From Ferruginibacter sp. (lineage in GTDB: Bacteria > Bacteroidota > Bacteroidia > Chitinophagales > Chitinophagaceae), in assembly GCA_035328475.1 (NCBI GenBank), contig DAOLIP010000005.1, forward strand, positions 9,774 to 73,773: a DNA stretch of 64,000 bases, written 5' to 3'. Position 1 is the first letter of the stretch. Each line of letters begins with the position of its first letter. Of the stretch, positions 46,841 to 55,680 are shown in pieces. The translations under genes and the position numbers were made by a program. A model generated the notes under the pieces. That model was given only the letters and a program-made list of their open reading frames with translations. It had not been told where the DNA came from and did no database searches.

Positions 46841-47872
46841 TTAAATCACCCTTACCTCCCCGCTCATAAGCTTGGGCAACAGCGTATCCCGCAGTTGGGT
46901 GAGGGTGCGGATTTGAATTTGATTGTAATTTATTTTATTCCAGAATTCTTTTGCCTGAAAATCAAAAGCAAATATTTTTTCTTTTGGGGGAATAATTATT
47001 TCTATAGAGTTTAAAAGCGTTTGGGTTAGCAGCGGATGACTTGATCCCTCTGCCATTGAATTTAAATGCAAACTCTTTAAAAGATAAAACAGAAAATATG
47101 GACAATCATCATGCCTGGGTTTTGTAAGAAGGGCATTATCTGAAACCCATATTTCCCTATTTTCTAAATAGAGGCTTCCGCAATAAGCTCCAACTCTTCC
47201 TATGATGATTGAGACACCGCTGTAATTTGACTTATCCGTAAAACCCAAAATTCCGTTTCCTCCATAAACAGGAATGCTTCCGTTTACAACTTCTTTAGGT
47301 CTCGATTTGCCATTAAATAAAGCGGCAATATCTCCTAGTTTTCCAACCTCCCAACTTTCCTCCACTTCCTCCAGAAACCACTGCCTGAAAAGCGTTTCGG
47401 CTAATTGCTCCAGGGTTTTGTTTTGGCGCTGCAGTAAGTCTATTTTATCATCTAAGCTGCTGAGGATGGAGGCGATTTGGATTTGTTCGGGTTTTTCAGG
47501 GATTGTTACATTTAATTCATGAATGTGGTTTCTATTCAACGTTGGTACAGCACTACCTGCATTAAATTGAGAAAAGTCAAAAGTATTCAGGAAGTAGTAA
47601 ATAAATTTTGGAGAAGAATCTTTAAAATCCTTTATGTACAATACAGTATTGTGAGCCCAATAATCTTTTGAATAAAAGACAGGAGTACCAATATTTCCAC
47701 TTCTCCCTATTGTAACTCCCGGGCCTTTTGTTGTTGCTTTGTTATGAAAACCGATTATTCCATTTGAACCAGCAACAGGGAATGTTCCAATTACCATTTT
47801 GGTTTTTGGTAAATCATGCCCTCTTTGAAAAGTGATAACATCTCCTAGTTTGCATTTTTTCCATTCAGACAT
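46841..47872 (-). CDS. hsdS: Type I restriction enzyme specificity subunit (start probably ATG 47872)
   Basis: Two TRDs (WKKCKLGD..., WEVGKLGD...), EQIQIASILSSLDDKI and LTQLRDTLLPKLMSGE conserved helices. Confidence 0.95.
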   Translation of the reverse strand: MSEWKKCKLGDVITFQRGHDLPKTKMVIGTFPVAGSNGIIGFHNKATTKGPGVTIGRSGNIGTPVFYSKDYWAHNTVLYIKDFKDSSPKFIYYFLNTFDFSQFNAGSAVPTLNRNHIHELNVTIPEKPEQIQIASILSSLDDKIDLLQRQNKTLEQLAETLFRQWFLEEVEESWEVGKLGDIAALFNGKSRPKEVVNGSIPVYGGNGILGFTDKSNYSGVSIIIGRVGAYCGSLYLENREIWVSDNALLTKPRHDDCPYFLFYLLKSLHLNSMAEGSSHPLLTQTLLNSIEIIIPPKEKIFAFDFQAKEFWNKINYNQIQIRTLTQLRDTLLPKLMSGEVRVI

Positions 47873-47879
47873 CAGCTTC

Positions 47880-49562
47880 TCATTTAAAATTAATTTTAGC
47901 AAGGTTATTTTTAATCTGCTTGTTCAAATCATCCTCCTCGGCAATCTGCTTTTCCAGCTCGGTTTTCAATGCGGTAAACCGTTCTTCAAAATTAAAATCA
48001 TCTTCATCATCGGGCAGGCCCACAAAGCGACCGGGTGTAACCACATAGTTTAAGGCGGCTACTTCTGCAATGGGTACGCTTTTGCAAAAGCCCTGTATGT
48101 CTATATAGTCTGAACTGTGATTTGTTTGATTGCTGGGATTGGTATGATTTGTTTCATCTGTGGTTGCAGACTGTTTTAAATCATGCTTATCATGTAAATC
48201 AACAGAATCATTGTTCAGACAATTTTTCCAGTTATGGTAAGTATTGGCAATCCTGGCTATGTCATCATCTGTAAACTCCAGTGTTTTACGGTTAATTAAA
48301 TGACCCAGGTTGCGGGCATCAATAAACAGTATCTCTTTTTTGCGTTGCTGTTTATTGCGGCGCAAAAACCAAAGGCATGCCGGTATTTGTGTATTTAAAA
48401 ATAATTTGGCCGGCAGGTTTACAATGCAATCCAGCAAATCGTTTTCAATTAATGCTTTGCGTATTTCGCCTTCGTTGCTTGTTTTGGTAGTTAAAGAGCC
48501 TTTACTTAAAACAAAACCTGCCTGCCCGTTGGGCGCCAGGTGGTACAAAAAATGTTGTATCCATGCATAGTTGGCATTGCCGGCAGGTGGTATACCGTAT
48601 TGCCAGCGGGCATCTTTCTGCAGCAGTTCGCCGCTCCAGTCGCTGTCGTTAAAGGGCGGGTTGGCAATGATGAAATCGGCTTTCAGGTCTTTGTGAGCAT
48701 CGTTTAAAAAACTGCCTTCGTTGTTCCATTTTACATTGCTGCTGTCGATACCACGTATGGCCAAATTCATTTTTGCCAGGCGCCAGGTGGTTTGGTTGCT
48801 TTCCTGTCCGTAAATACTTATGTGGTCTGCACCCCCTCCAACTCCCCCTGAAGGGGGAGAGTTGCGACCAGCTTTTTTCTTTCGGTAATGATCCTGGTGA
48901 TGCCTAATAAATTTTTCGCTTTGCACAAACATCCCTCCGCTGCCGCAGCAGGGGTCAAACACACGGCCTTCGTAAGGTTCCAGCATTTCTACCAATAGTT
49001 TTACCACGCTGCCGGGGGTATAAAACTGTCCGCCTTTTTTGCCTTCGGCTAAAGCAAACTCGCCGAGAAAATATTCAAACACACGGCCCAGCAGGTCTTT
49101 GCTTTGTGCTTCTTTGGTGCCAAGTGTTGCGGTGCTAACCAGGTCAACCAATCCACCCAGGCTTGCTTTATCTAATTTTTCCTGTGCAAAAACTTTGGGC
49201 AGTACGCCTTTTAGGGATGGGTTGTCTTTTTCAATGGCATCCATGGCATCGTCAATATCCTTACCAATGCTGGGCAGTTTAGCCCGGCCCTGTATCCATT
49301 TCCAGCGGGAGGAAGGGGGCACGTAAAAAACTTTTTCGGCCAGGTATTCATTTTTGTCTTCGGGGTCGGCGCCTTCGCTTTTTTGTGCCAGCAGTTTTTG
49401 ATGCAGCTCTTCAAAAGCATCCGAAATATATTTAAGAAAGATAAGGCCCAGTGCCACGTGTTTGTATTCGGCAGCGTCCATGTTTTTGCGGAGCTTGTCG
49501 GCCGCTTTCCAGAGTTTTTTCTCTAAGGGTTCTTCTGCTTCTGTTTTTTTTGCTTTTGCCAT
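47880..49562 (-). CDS. hsdM: Type I restriction enzyme methyltransferase subunit
   Basis: [36 protein letters not shown] (N6-adenine methyltransferase). Confidence 0.97.
   Translation of the reverse strand: MAKAKKTEAEEPLEKKLWKAADKLRKNMDAAEYKHVALGLIFLKYISDAFEELHQKLLAQKSEGADPEDKNEYLAEKVFYVPPSSRWKWIQGRAKLPSIGKDIDDAMDAIEKDNPSLKGVLPKVFAQEKLDKASLGGLVDLVSTATLGTKEAQSKDLLGRVFEYFLGEFALAEGKKGGQFYTPGSVVKLLVEMLEPYEGRVFDPCCGSGGMFVQSEKFIRHHQDHYRKKKAGRNSPPSGGVGGGADHISIYGQESNQTTWRLAKMNLAIRGIDSSNVKWNNEGSFLNDAHKDLKADFIIANPPFNDSDWSGELLQKDARWQYGIPPAGNANYAWIQHFLYHLAPNGQAGFVLSKGSLTTKTSNEGEIRKALIENDLLDCIVNLPAKLFLNTQIPACLWFLRRNKQQRKKEILFIDARNLGHLINRKTLEFTDDDIARIANTYHNWKNCLNNDSVDLHDKHDLKQSATTDETNHTNPSNQTNHSSDYIDIQGFCKSVPIAEVAALNYVVTPGRFVGLPDDEDDFNFEERFTALKTELEKQIAEEDDLNKQIKNNLAKINFK
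48108..48220. repeat. 113-bp hairpin element with 15-bp imperfect terminal inverted repeats and 9-mer periodic arms, in frame in hsdM
   Basis: GTCTGAACTGTGATT ... AATCATTGTTCAGAC (13/15 complementary); left arm has GATT units, right arm AATC units. Confidence 0.75.
48831..48866. repeat. REP-like palindrome in frame in hsdM
   Basis: CTCCCCC-TGAA-GGGGGAG stem-loop within ACCCCCTCCAACTCCCCCTGAAGGGGGAGAGTTG; encodes [11 protein letters not shown]. Confidence 0.7.
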
Positions 49563-49900
49563 GCTGCAATATTACCGTTTACTTATGTAAAGCGGGGTTT
49601 ACAATGGGCGGGTAGTATTATTCAAATATAAATATTAGAGCCGATAAATATAAAAGGGCAGGCGGCCTGAACAGGGAAGGGTGTTTTTGCTATGTAAATT
49701 CAGTGTTTTACACCCTTGTTTTTATTTAGCGGTATTTGCATTTTTGGCCTGGGGTACAGATAAAAGCAGGTTTATAAAAAAATAAACAAATCAATAAGCA
49801 GCACATCTTTTAAAACTTGCGGCAAAAGGGTATAGTTTTCCCTTTCTATAACATCTATATTTACTCATTCCTTTTCATTAATTATTAAACCAAACTAAGC

Positions 49901-50650
49901 ATGAAAAAATTATCTCTGTTGCTGGCGGCAACCATCTGTTGTGCCACACTGCTTGCACAAAAAGAAAAGGACAGTAAAGAACCTCCTGCTCCTTTAAAGA
50001 ACATGATAAAGCTGAACCTGCCGGCGCTGGCATTAAAGAACATCAGCATCCAGTACGAAAGAGCGGTAGCCCGTAAAGTGACCGTGGCCGGAACATTCCG
50101 TTACATGCCCACCGGAAGCATTCCTTTAAAAAGTGTTTTCGTTGACCTGGCCGATGACCCGGATACCGAACGGCAGTTGAATAACCTGAAAGTGGGCAAT
50201 ATCGCTTTTATGCCCGAAGTAAGATATTACTTCAGCAAAAAGGGCGCCTTCCGTGGATTTTACCTGGGGCTGTTTGCCAATATCGCCCGGTATAATGCCG
50301 ACCTGCTCTTTGAATACGACGATGCCTCGGTTACTAAAACAATCCCATTGAGCGGAAATGTAACCAGTATAACCGGCGGATTAATGATCGGTGCACAGTT
50401 TAAATTGGGCGGCAGGGTATACCTCGATTGGTGGATACTGGGCCCCAATTACGGCAGCTCCAACGGAAGCCTGAGCGGAAAAAAATCAATGAGTCCTTCC
50501 GAACAACAGTCGTTACGGGATGAATTGAATGACCTGGATATTCCGCTTACAAAGTTTACCTATACCGTTGATGCCAATGGCGCCAACATGGATATTAAAG
50601 GTCCCTGGGCGGGCATACGTGCCGGTATTAATATCGGTTTCCGGTTTTAA
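49901..50650 (+). CDS. DUF3575-like outer-membrane beta-barrel protein
   Basis: Signal peptide, NMIKLNLPAL...ISIQYER, PEVRYYF...GFYLG, terminal Phe (GINIGFRF). Confidence 0.8.
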   Translation: MKKLSLLLAATICCATLLAQKEKDSKEPPAPLKNMIKLNLPALALKNISIQYERAVARKVTVAGTFRYMPTGSIPLKSVFVDLADDPDTERQLNNLKVGNIAFMPEVRYYFSKKGAFRGFYLGLFANIARYNADLLFEYDDASVTKTIPLSGNVTSITGGLMIGAQFKLGGRVYLDWWILGPNYGSSNGSLSGKKSMSPSEQQSLRDELNDLDIPLTKFTYTVDANGANMDIKGPWAGIRAGINIGFRF

Positions 50651-51230
50651 CCTTTTAACGCAAACAGGAGATGACATCATTGTAAAAGATGTCATCTCTT
50701 TTTATTCACTTCATCTTTTCTCAGCCGGGCCCGCCATCACATGAATCTTCTTACCCAACAAGTGTAGAAAAAATTCTACCCCCCGCCCGTTTCTTTTTAC
50801 CGATATTATTAGTTAGGTTAGCTGTATTATCCACTGCCTTCGAAATAACCGCTTGGCATTATCTCTCCCACACCTTCTCAGCAATTCCCTGTTCAGGCAT
50901 AATTTATTGATGGGTGATGTATACATCATCAAACTATCACCAGGCACGCTTTTAGTAAAAGAGTGTGCAGGTGCAAACAAGTGTTTTAACGGCGCAAATA
51001 CCGCGGAAACACGGATTGAATAGTTGTATGCAGTTGGCAATTTTACAGCGATGATGATTCATCTGTTGTTTTTGAAAGCGGCAACTGCTGTAAATGCCCG
51101 GCAAAATGTAAAGCCTCTCTTAATTAAGATCCTTACCAATTGTGAAGAACTGAACCGGGTAGTTCCGGGAATTGCCTTTGACAAACAGTACCATAAGAAG
51201 CGATCGGAATTTTCTACTAAAACTTAATCT

Positions 51231-52880
51231 ATGCGCAACAAAGCATCAAATGGAAACCTGGAAGTATACGCCGTGGCTGGTACCCATACCGTTGTTCTGT
51301 CGTTCGACTATGTGAACAAGCCACAGGGGTTACTGGGTTTTGCCGTGGAAAGAAAAGACCTGGGAACCGGTAAACGTACCTGGCTCATGGGTCAAAAATG
51401 TTTCAAAACCGTTATTCCCGACCCTGTAAAAGGGCAGCAGTATCCAACACACCTGCATCCTGTTCAGAGTTTCATGTGGAAGGATTTTACGGTTCAGCCC
51501 GGCAGCAGCTATTCGTTTAAGATCACGCCGGTGCTTGGTAAACCAAATCAGTTACAATACGGGGTACCCGTTGAAGTTACCGTAACTGCAGAAAAAGAAT
51601 GGGATGGTAAACAAGGCGTGTATTTTAACCGGGGTGTTTCGGGAAGCCAGTCTTATTCAGAAAATTTTCCGAAAGGAAAGATCTCTGATATGAATGAAGC
51701 CACCAGAGAACGTGCACTTACGTGGTTGTCTCGTGGTTTGTTTGAAGGACTCAGAGACTACATCGAAAGAGCCAAACCCGGCGAATACCTGTACGGATGT
51801 TTTTATGAATTTAAAGAAGACCGCACCCTGGGGTTATTAAAAGAAGCAAAGAACAGGGGAGTGAATGTGCTTCTTATTGCTGATGGAAAGCAATACGGCG
51901 ATGAGAACCTGGAAGCCGTACGCCGCGTTGGAATAACCAGGCTGGTAAAAAAATGGAGAACAAAAGCGAAGATCCCTCATAATAAATTCCTGGTGCACTG
52001 CAGCAAAACCGGCAAAGCAACAAAAGTGTGGACAGGGTCCACCAATATTTCTGAAAAAGGAATCTTTGGCCAGTGCAATACCGGGCATATTGTAACAGAC
52101 GCAGCCATTGCGGATAAATACCTGAAATTCTGGAATGTTCTTTTGCAGGACCCCACCAAGGCGCCACTGGTAACTGAAGTGATGAAGCTGCAGGCTGATG
52201 TGGCGGCCGGTAATCTTCCGGATAACAGCATTACCGCTTTTTTCAGTCCCCGGAGTTCGCTTACCATGCTGGATGTATATGCGAAGCTTGTGGCAACAGC
52301 CGGTGAACTGGCCTGCGGCATATTTCCTTTCAATATTGATATGCGTTTTCAGAATGCATTCAATGCTCCTAAGAATTTTCCGCGTTACGTGATTGTAGAC
52401 AAAGGGCATAACAAATTTGAGCCCAACGATTCAGATCTTGATGTGGCTGTTGGCGCAGCTATAAAAAATCCCGTCGATCAATGGCTGGCTGAAAAATCTT
52501 CCGGAAGTTTATTTTATGGCGGAACCGATTATGTGCACAATAAACTGCTGGTGATTGATCCGTTGGGTAAAAAGCCCGTGGTGGTAGTGGGCTCTGCAAA
52601 TTTATCAGAGCCGTCCACCAATGCCAATGACGAAAACATGCTGGTGATAAAAGGTATGAATTACCGCCGGGAGATGGATATTTACCTCACCGAATTCATA
52701 CGGCTGTTCGATCATTTCAATTTCAGGGAATGGCTCAATTCTCCCGATGGAGGTGCGTTTAAACCTTTCCTGGAAGAAGCGCCTGCAGCAAACGGATTCA
52801 GCTGGGTTGATAAATATTTTGATAACCCCGAGTACCTGAGTTACAAAAGAAAGATTGCATTTAAGAACATGATCATCTGA
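51231..52880 (+). CDS. Phospholipase D-superfamily protein (two HKD-type motifs) with an N-terminal beta-sandwich
   Basis: PHNKFLVHC...WTGSTN and VHNKLLVID...VGSAN; no signal peptide. Confidence 0.9.
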   Translation: MRNKASNGNLEVYAVAGTHTVVLSFDYVNKPQGLLGFAVERKDLGTGKRTWLMGQKCFKTVIPDPVKGQQYPTHLHPVQSFMWKDFTVQPGSSYSFKITPVLGKPNQLQYGVPVEVTVTAEKEWDGKQGVYFNRGVSGSQSYSENFPKGKISDMNEATRERALTWLSRGLFEGLRDYIERAKPGEYLYGCFYEFKEDRTLGLLKEAKNRGVNVLLIADGKQYGDENLEAVRRVGITRLVKKWRTKAKIPHNKFLVHCSKTGKATKVWTGSTNISEKGIFGQCNTGHIVTDAAIADKYLKFWNVLLQDPTKAPLVTEVMKLQADVAAGNLPDNSITAFFSPRSSLTMLDVYAKLVATAGELACGIFPFNIDMRFQNAFNAPKNFPRYVIVDKGHNKFEPNDSDLDVAVGAAIKNPVDQWLAEKSSGSLFYGGTDYVHNKLLVIDPLGKKPVVVVGSANLSEPSTNANDENMLVIKGMNYRREMDIYLTEFIRLFDHFNFREWLNSPDGGAFKPFLEEAPAANGFSWVDKYFDNPEYLSYKRKIAFKNMII

Positions 52881-52915
52881 GGAAGCCTTCGCTTAAAACA
52901 GAAACACTTAAAGAT

Positions 52916-53758
52916 ATGTACCTGAGATATTCAAAAGCCTGGTTGCAATTCCTGTCGGAGGTAGACAATGCCAAGGCTGATATTGGTTTTAAAACAAATG
53001 AGGAATGCTTTTACCGGGGACATACACAAGAATCGTACAAACTGATTCCCGGATTATACAGGGGATTAACCAAAACAACAAAACGGATACCGGATGATCT
53101 GTGGGACCGGGAATCGGATATGTTTTATGAATTCCGGTCAAAGGCAAAAGAACTCCATAACCAGAATTTAAACGACTGGGACCTGTTGTTTTTTATGCAG
53201 CATCATGGTGTGCGAACCAGGTTGCTTGACTGGACAGAAAGCCTGGCCGTAGCCATTCATTTTGCCTTGCTGAATTACGATTCCGCAAAAAGTAATCCCT
53301 GCATCTGGATCATGAATCCATATAAATTCAATGAAAAATTTCATAATTCAAGGGATCTTTGGGATCCTCCCCTGTTGAATTTTTATGCAGACTACGACGA
53401 GGAAGGAGAATCGTACTCGGAATTAATGCTGTATGAGAATACGGGAGACATTATGCCATGGGACGAGCCGATTGCCTTGTACCCCATCCGCCGGGCAAAC
53501 CGGCTGGTTACACAAAGCGGCTACTTCACCATTCACGGAAATGATTCCCGGCCAATTGAGGAAATTGTTACACAGCCCAAAACAATGCTGCGGAAAGTAG
53601 TGCTCCCGCGGGATGCCGTTAAAAGTGCTTTTGCTTTTTTAGAGCATGCAGGCATCAATCATTTTACGCTTTTCCCGGACCTCGAAGGACTGTCAAGACA
53701 AATCAATTATCAATATTTTGAAGCAGAAGCGTTCAGGAAATTAATCAACCAGTTATGA
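52916..53758 (+). CDS. FRG-domain protein
   Basis: CFYRGH...LIPGLYR, MQHHGVRTRLLDWTESLAVAIHFA, RLVTQSGYFTIHG, LFPDLEGL. Confidence 0.93.
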   Translation: MYLRYSKAWLQFLSEVDNAKADIGFKTNEECFYRGHTQESYKLIPGLYRGLTKTTKRIPDDLWDRESDMFYEFRSKAKELHNQNLNDWDLLFFMQHHGVRTRLLDWTESLAVAIHFALLNYDSAKSNPCIWIMNPYKFNEKFHNSRDLWDPPLLNFYADYDEEGESYSELMLYENTGDIMPWDEPIALYPIRRANRLVTQSGYFTIHGNDSRPIEEIVTQPKTMLRKVVLPRDAVKSAFAFLEHAGINHFTLFPDLEGLSRQINYQYFEAEAFRKLINQL

Positions 53759-53776
53759 TCACTTAAAAGATGCTTT

Positions 53777-54499
53777 ATGGCAAACAACCCTCCCAAAAAA
53801 TGGGTCACCATTACTATTCTTATTCTGTTTATGGCCCTGTGTGTTTTCCTGGTCAGCGCCATCACATCCGGCTGGCCCCCATCAAAGGGATTTCCATTCA
53901 GGAAATTTAATCTTGGAAGTGAGCAGCAGCTGATACTGCTTGTTGCTATTGGTGGGGCACTTGGTGCATTTGTGCACGTAGCTACTTCTTTTACCGATTA
54001 CCTGGGGTCGCAGCAATTTGAAAAATCCTGGATCTCCTGGTATTTGATGCGGCCATTTATAGGAGCCACCCTTGCTTTGGCCTTTTATTTTCTTTTACGT
54101 GGAGGTCTTATTAATATCAATGTAGACTCACCGCAGGTTGCCAGCGAGTATGCCTCCGTACAGGATAGCGTTACCTACCTGTATGTTGATACGGCAGCGA
54201 ATGTTTCTAAAACGCCCATCCGTTCGACATCGGATACGCTGGCCGGTTTCCGGAAAATAGGGGTGGAACGGATGCCGGTAAGGCAGGACCGGATGCCCAT
54301 CAATCCTTTCGGGGTAACGGCTGTTTCCATCCTGGCCGGTCTGTTTTCGCGGCAGGCTGTGGATAAGCTGCGTGAGATCTTTGAAAATCTTTTCCTTACA
54401 AAAGAGAAAGTGGAAAGAGCCAATCCGCTTGTTGAAAAAAAGAATACGGATGCAGCAACAGCAACAGAGGATGCGGATGATGAACAGCCGGTAGGATAA
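53777..54499 (+). CDS. Multi-pass (about 4 TM) membrane protein of unknown function
   Basis: Hydrophobic helices; GGALGAFVH, WYLMRPFIGATLALAFY, LAGLFSRQAVDKL. Confidence 0.8.
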   Translation: MANNPPKKWVTITILILFMALCVFLVSAITSGWPPSKGFPFRKFNLGSEQQLILLVAIGGALGAFVHVATSFTDYLGSQQFEKSWISWYLMRPFIGATLALAFYFLLRGGLININVDSPQVASEYASVQDSVTYLYVDTAANVSKTPIRSTSDTLAGFRKIGVERMPVRQDRMPINPFGVTAVSILAGLFSRQAVDKLREIFENLFLTKEKVERANPLVEKKNTDAATATEDADDEQPVG

Positions 54500-54525
54500 A
54501 ATGATTCACATAAATACATTACTAT

Positions 54526-55329
54526 ATGTCTGTTGTATTCAAAAATAAATTTTCGATAACCCCCGGTTATATACCGGCCCCTTCTAAAAGAAGATCGGGC
54601 CTGGCTATTACAAAAGTGCGGTTCCTGGTGGCGCATGATACCGGTAACCCAAAATCAACGGCATCGCAGAATGTGCGGTATTATATCAATTCCCGTAATG
54701 AGATCAGTGCCTCTGCTCATCTTTTTGTGGATGATAAGGAGATCATTGAATGCGTGCCTGCATTAACCGCTCCGCCCGAAAAGGCATGGCATGTGCTGTA
54801 TGGTGTTCCGAAGGATAATGAACTGTATGGAGTAAATGCCAACGACGCAGCCATTGGGGTTGAATATTGCTACGGGGGAACCATTGATGCCGATAAAGCG
54901 TACCAGAAATATGTATGGGTACTGGCAAAACTTTGTTTTGAATTTGAACTGGATCCTGCAAAAGATATTGTAGGGCATTTTTTTCTTGACCCCAAACGGA
55001 AAACCGACCCGGTTACCGGGTTGGCAAACAGCCGCAGAACCTATGAACAGTTATTGCGTGACGTGGTGGCAGAATATAATGAGTGCACAGGTACTGCGGT
55101 TTCGCCGGTACCGGTAAACGCCGCCGCACAGGCCGGAACAGTTACGGTAACAGTAAAACTAAACGTGAGAAAGCAACCCAATACAAGGGCTGAGATCGTT
55201 CAGGTGGTATCGCCGGGAACGGCAATGAATTATATTGCAGTTGTTAATAACGGACAGGCCATCAATAATAACCCGGTTTGGTACAAGGATGCTAATGATC
55301 ATTATTTCTGGAGCGGTGGGGTAAAGTAA
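54526..55329 (+). CDS. N-acetylmuramoyl-L-alanine amidase (Amidase_2) with an SH3b-like C-terminus, no signal peptide
   Basis: VAHDTGN, SAHLFVDD, KAWH, IGVE, IVGH...KTDP zinc-amidase motifs; LNVRKQPN...VWYK cell-wall binding module. Confidence 0.92.
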   Translation: MSVVFKNKFSITPGYIPAPSKRRSGLAITKVRFLVAHDTGNPKSTASQNVRYYINSRNEISASAHLFVDDKEIIECVPALTAPPEKAWHVLYGVPKDNELYGVNANDAAIGVEYCYGGTIDADKAYQKYVWVLAKLCFEFELDPAKDIVGHFFLDPKRKTDPVTGLANSRRTYEQLLRDVVAEYNECTGTAVSPVPVNAAAQAGTVTVTVKLNVRKQPNTRAEIVQVVSPGTAMNYIAVVNNGQAINNNPVWYKDANDHYFWSGGVK

Positions 55330-55394
55330 AATAGATAACAACAAAACCCGGTATGCCGAAAACGGGATTTTAGAGTAGGCAGTAAAAGTATTTT

Positions 55395-55670
55395 ATGGCT
55401 AAGGTAAAAGTTAAGCTCACACTTAAAGACAGTGAAGGCTGTCAGCTGGTAATTAAAATTGGCGGTCAAACGTTGGATTTTCAGCGGGGCGGAACGAAGA
55501 CGGTGGAATTAGATCCAAAACGATATACCGCATTGATTGCGGGGTTCCAGGATCCAGGCAGTTCTGCTCCAATAGCAAAGATCGAATTTTTGCAAGAGCA
55601 GCAGTTATTAAATGAGCTCACGATCACCGAATCTTCTTTTATCAAGCCATTAAGGGTTGTTGTAAAATAA
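55395..55670 (+). CDS. Small beta-rich hypothetical protein
   Basis: 91-aa ORF, 10 nt before the next gene, co-oriented. Confidence 0.6.
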   Translation: MAKVKVKLTLKDSEGCQLVIKIGGQTLDFQRGGTKTVELDPKRYTALIAGFQDPGSSAPIAKIEFLQEQQLLNELTITESSFIKPLRVVVK

Positions 55671-55680
55671 CAGAAACTGT

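Noticed and set aside
49677-49717. AAGGGTGT...ACACCCTT inverted repeat upstream of the DUF3575-like gene
   Set aside because: A single 8-bp pair with a 25-nt spacer and no second copy or cognate regulator; too weak to call.
50651-51230. Short ORFs (50689+, 50813-, 51024+) and small palindromes in the gap before the PLD gene; possible riboswitch
   Set aside because: No recognisable protein motifs, and TPP, cobalamin and SAM consensus elements could not be matched by eye; an Infernal scan would be needed.
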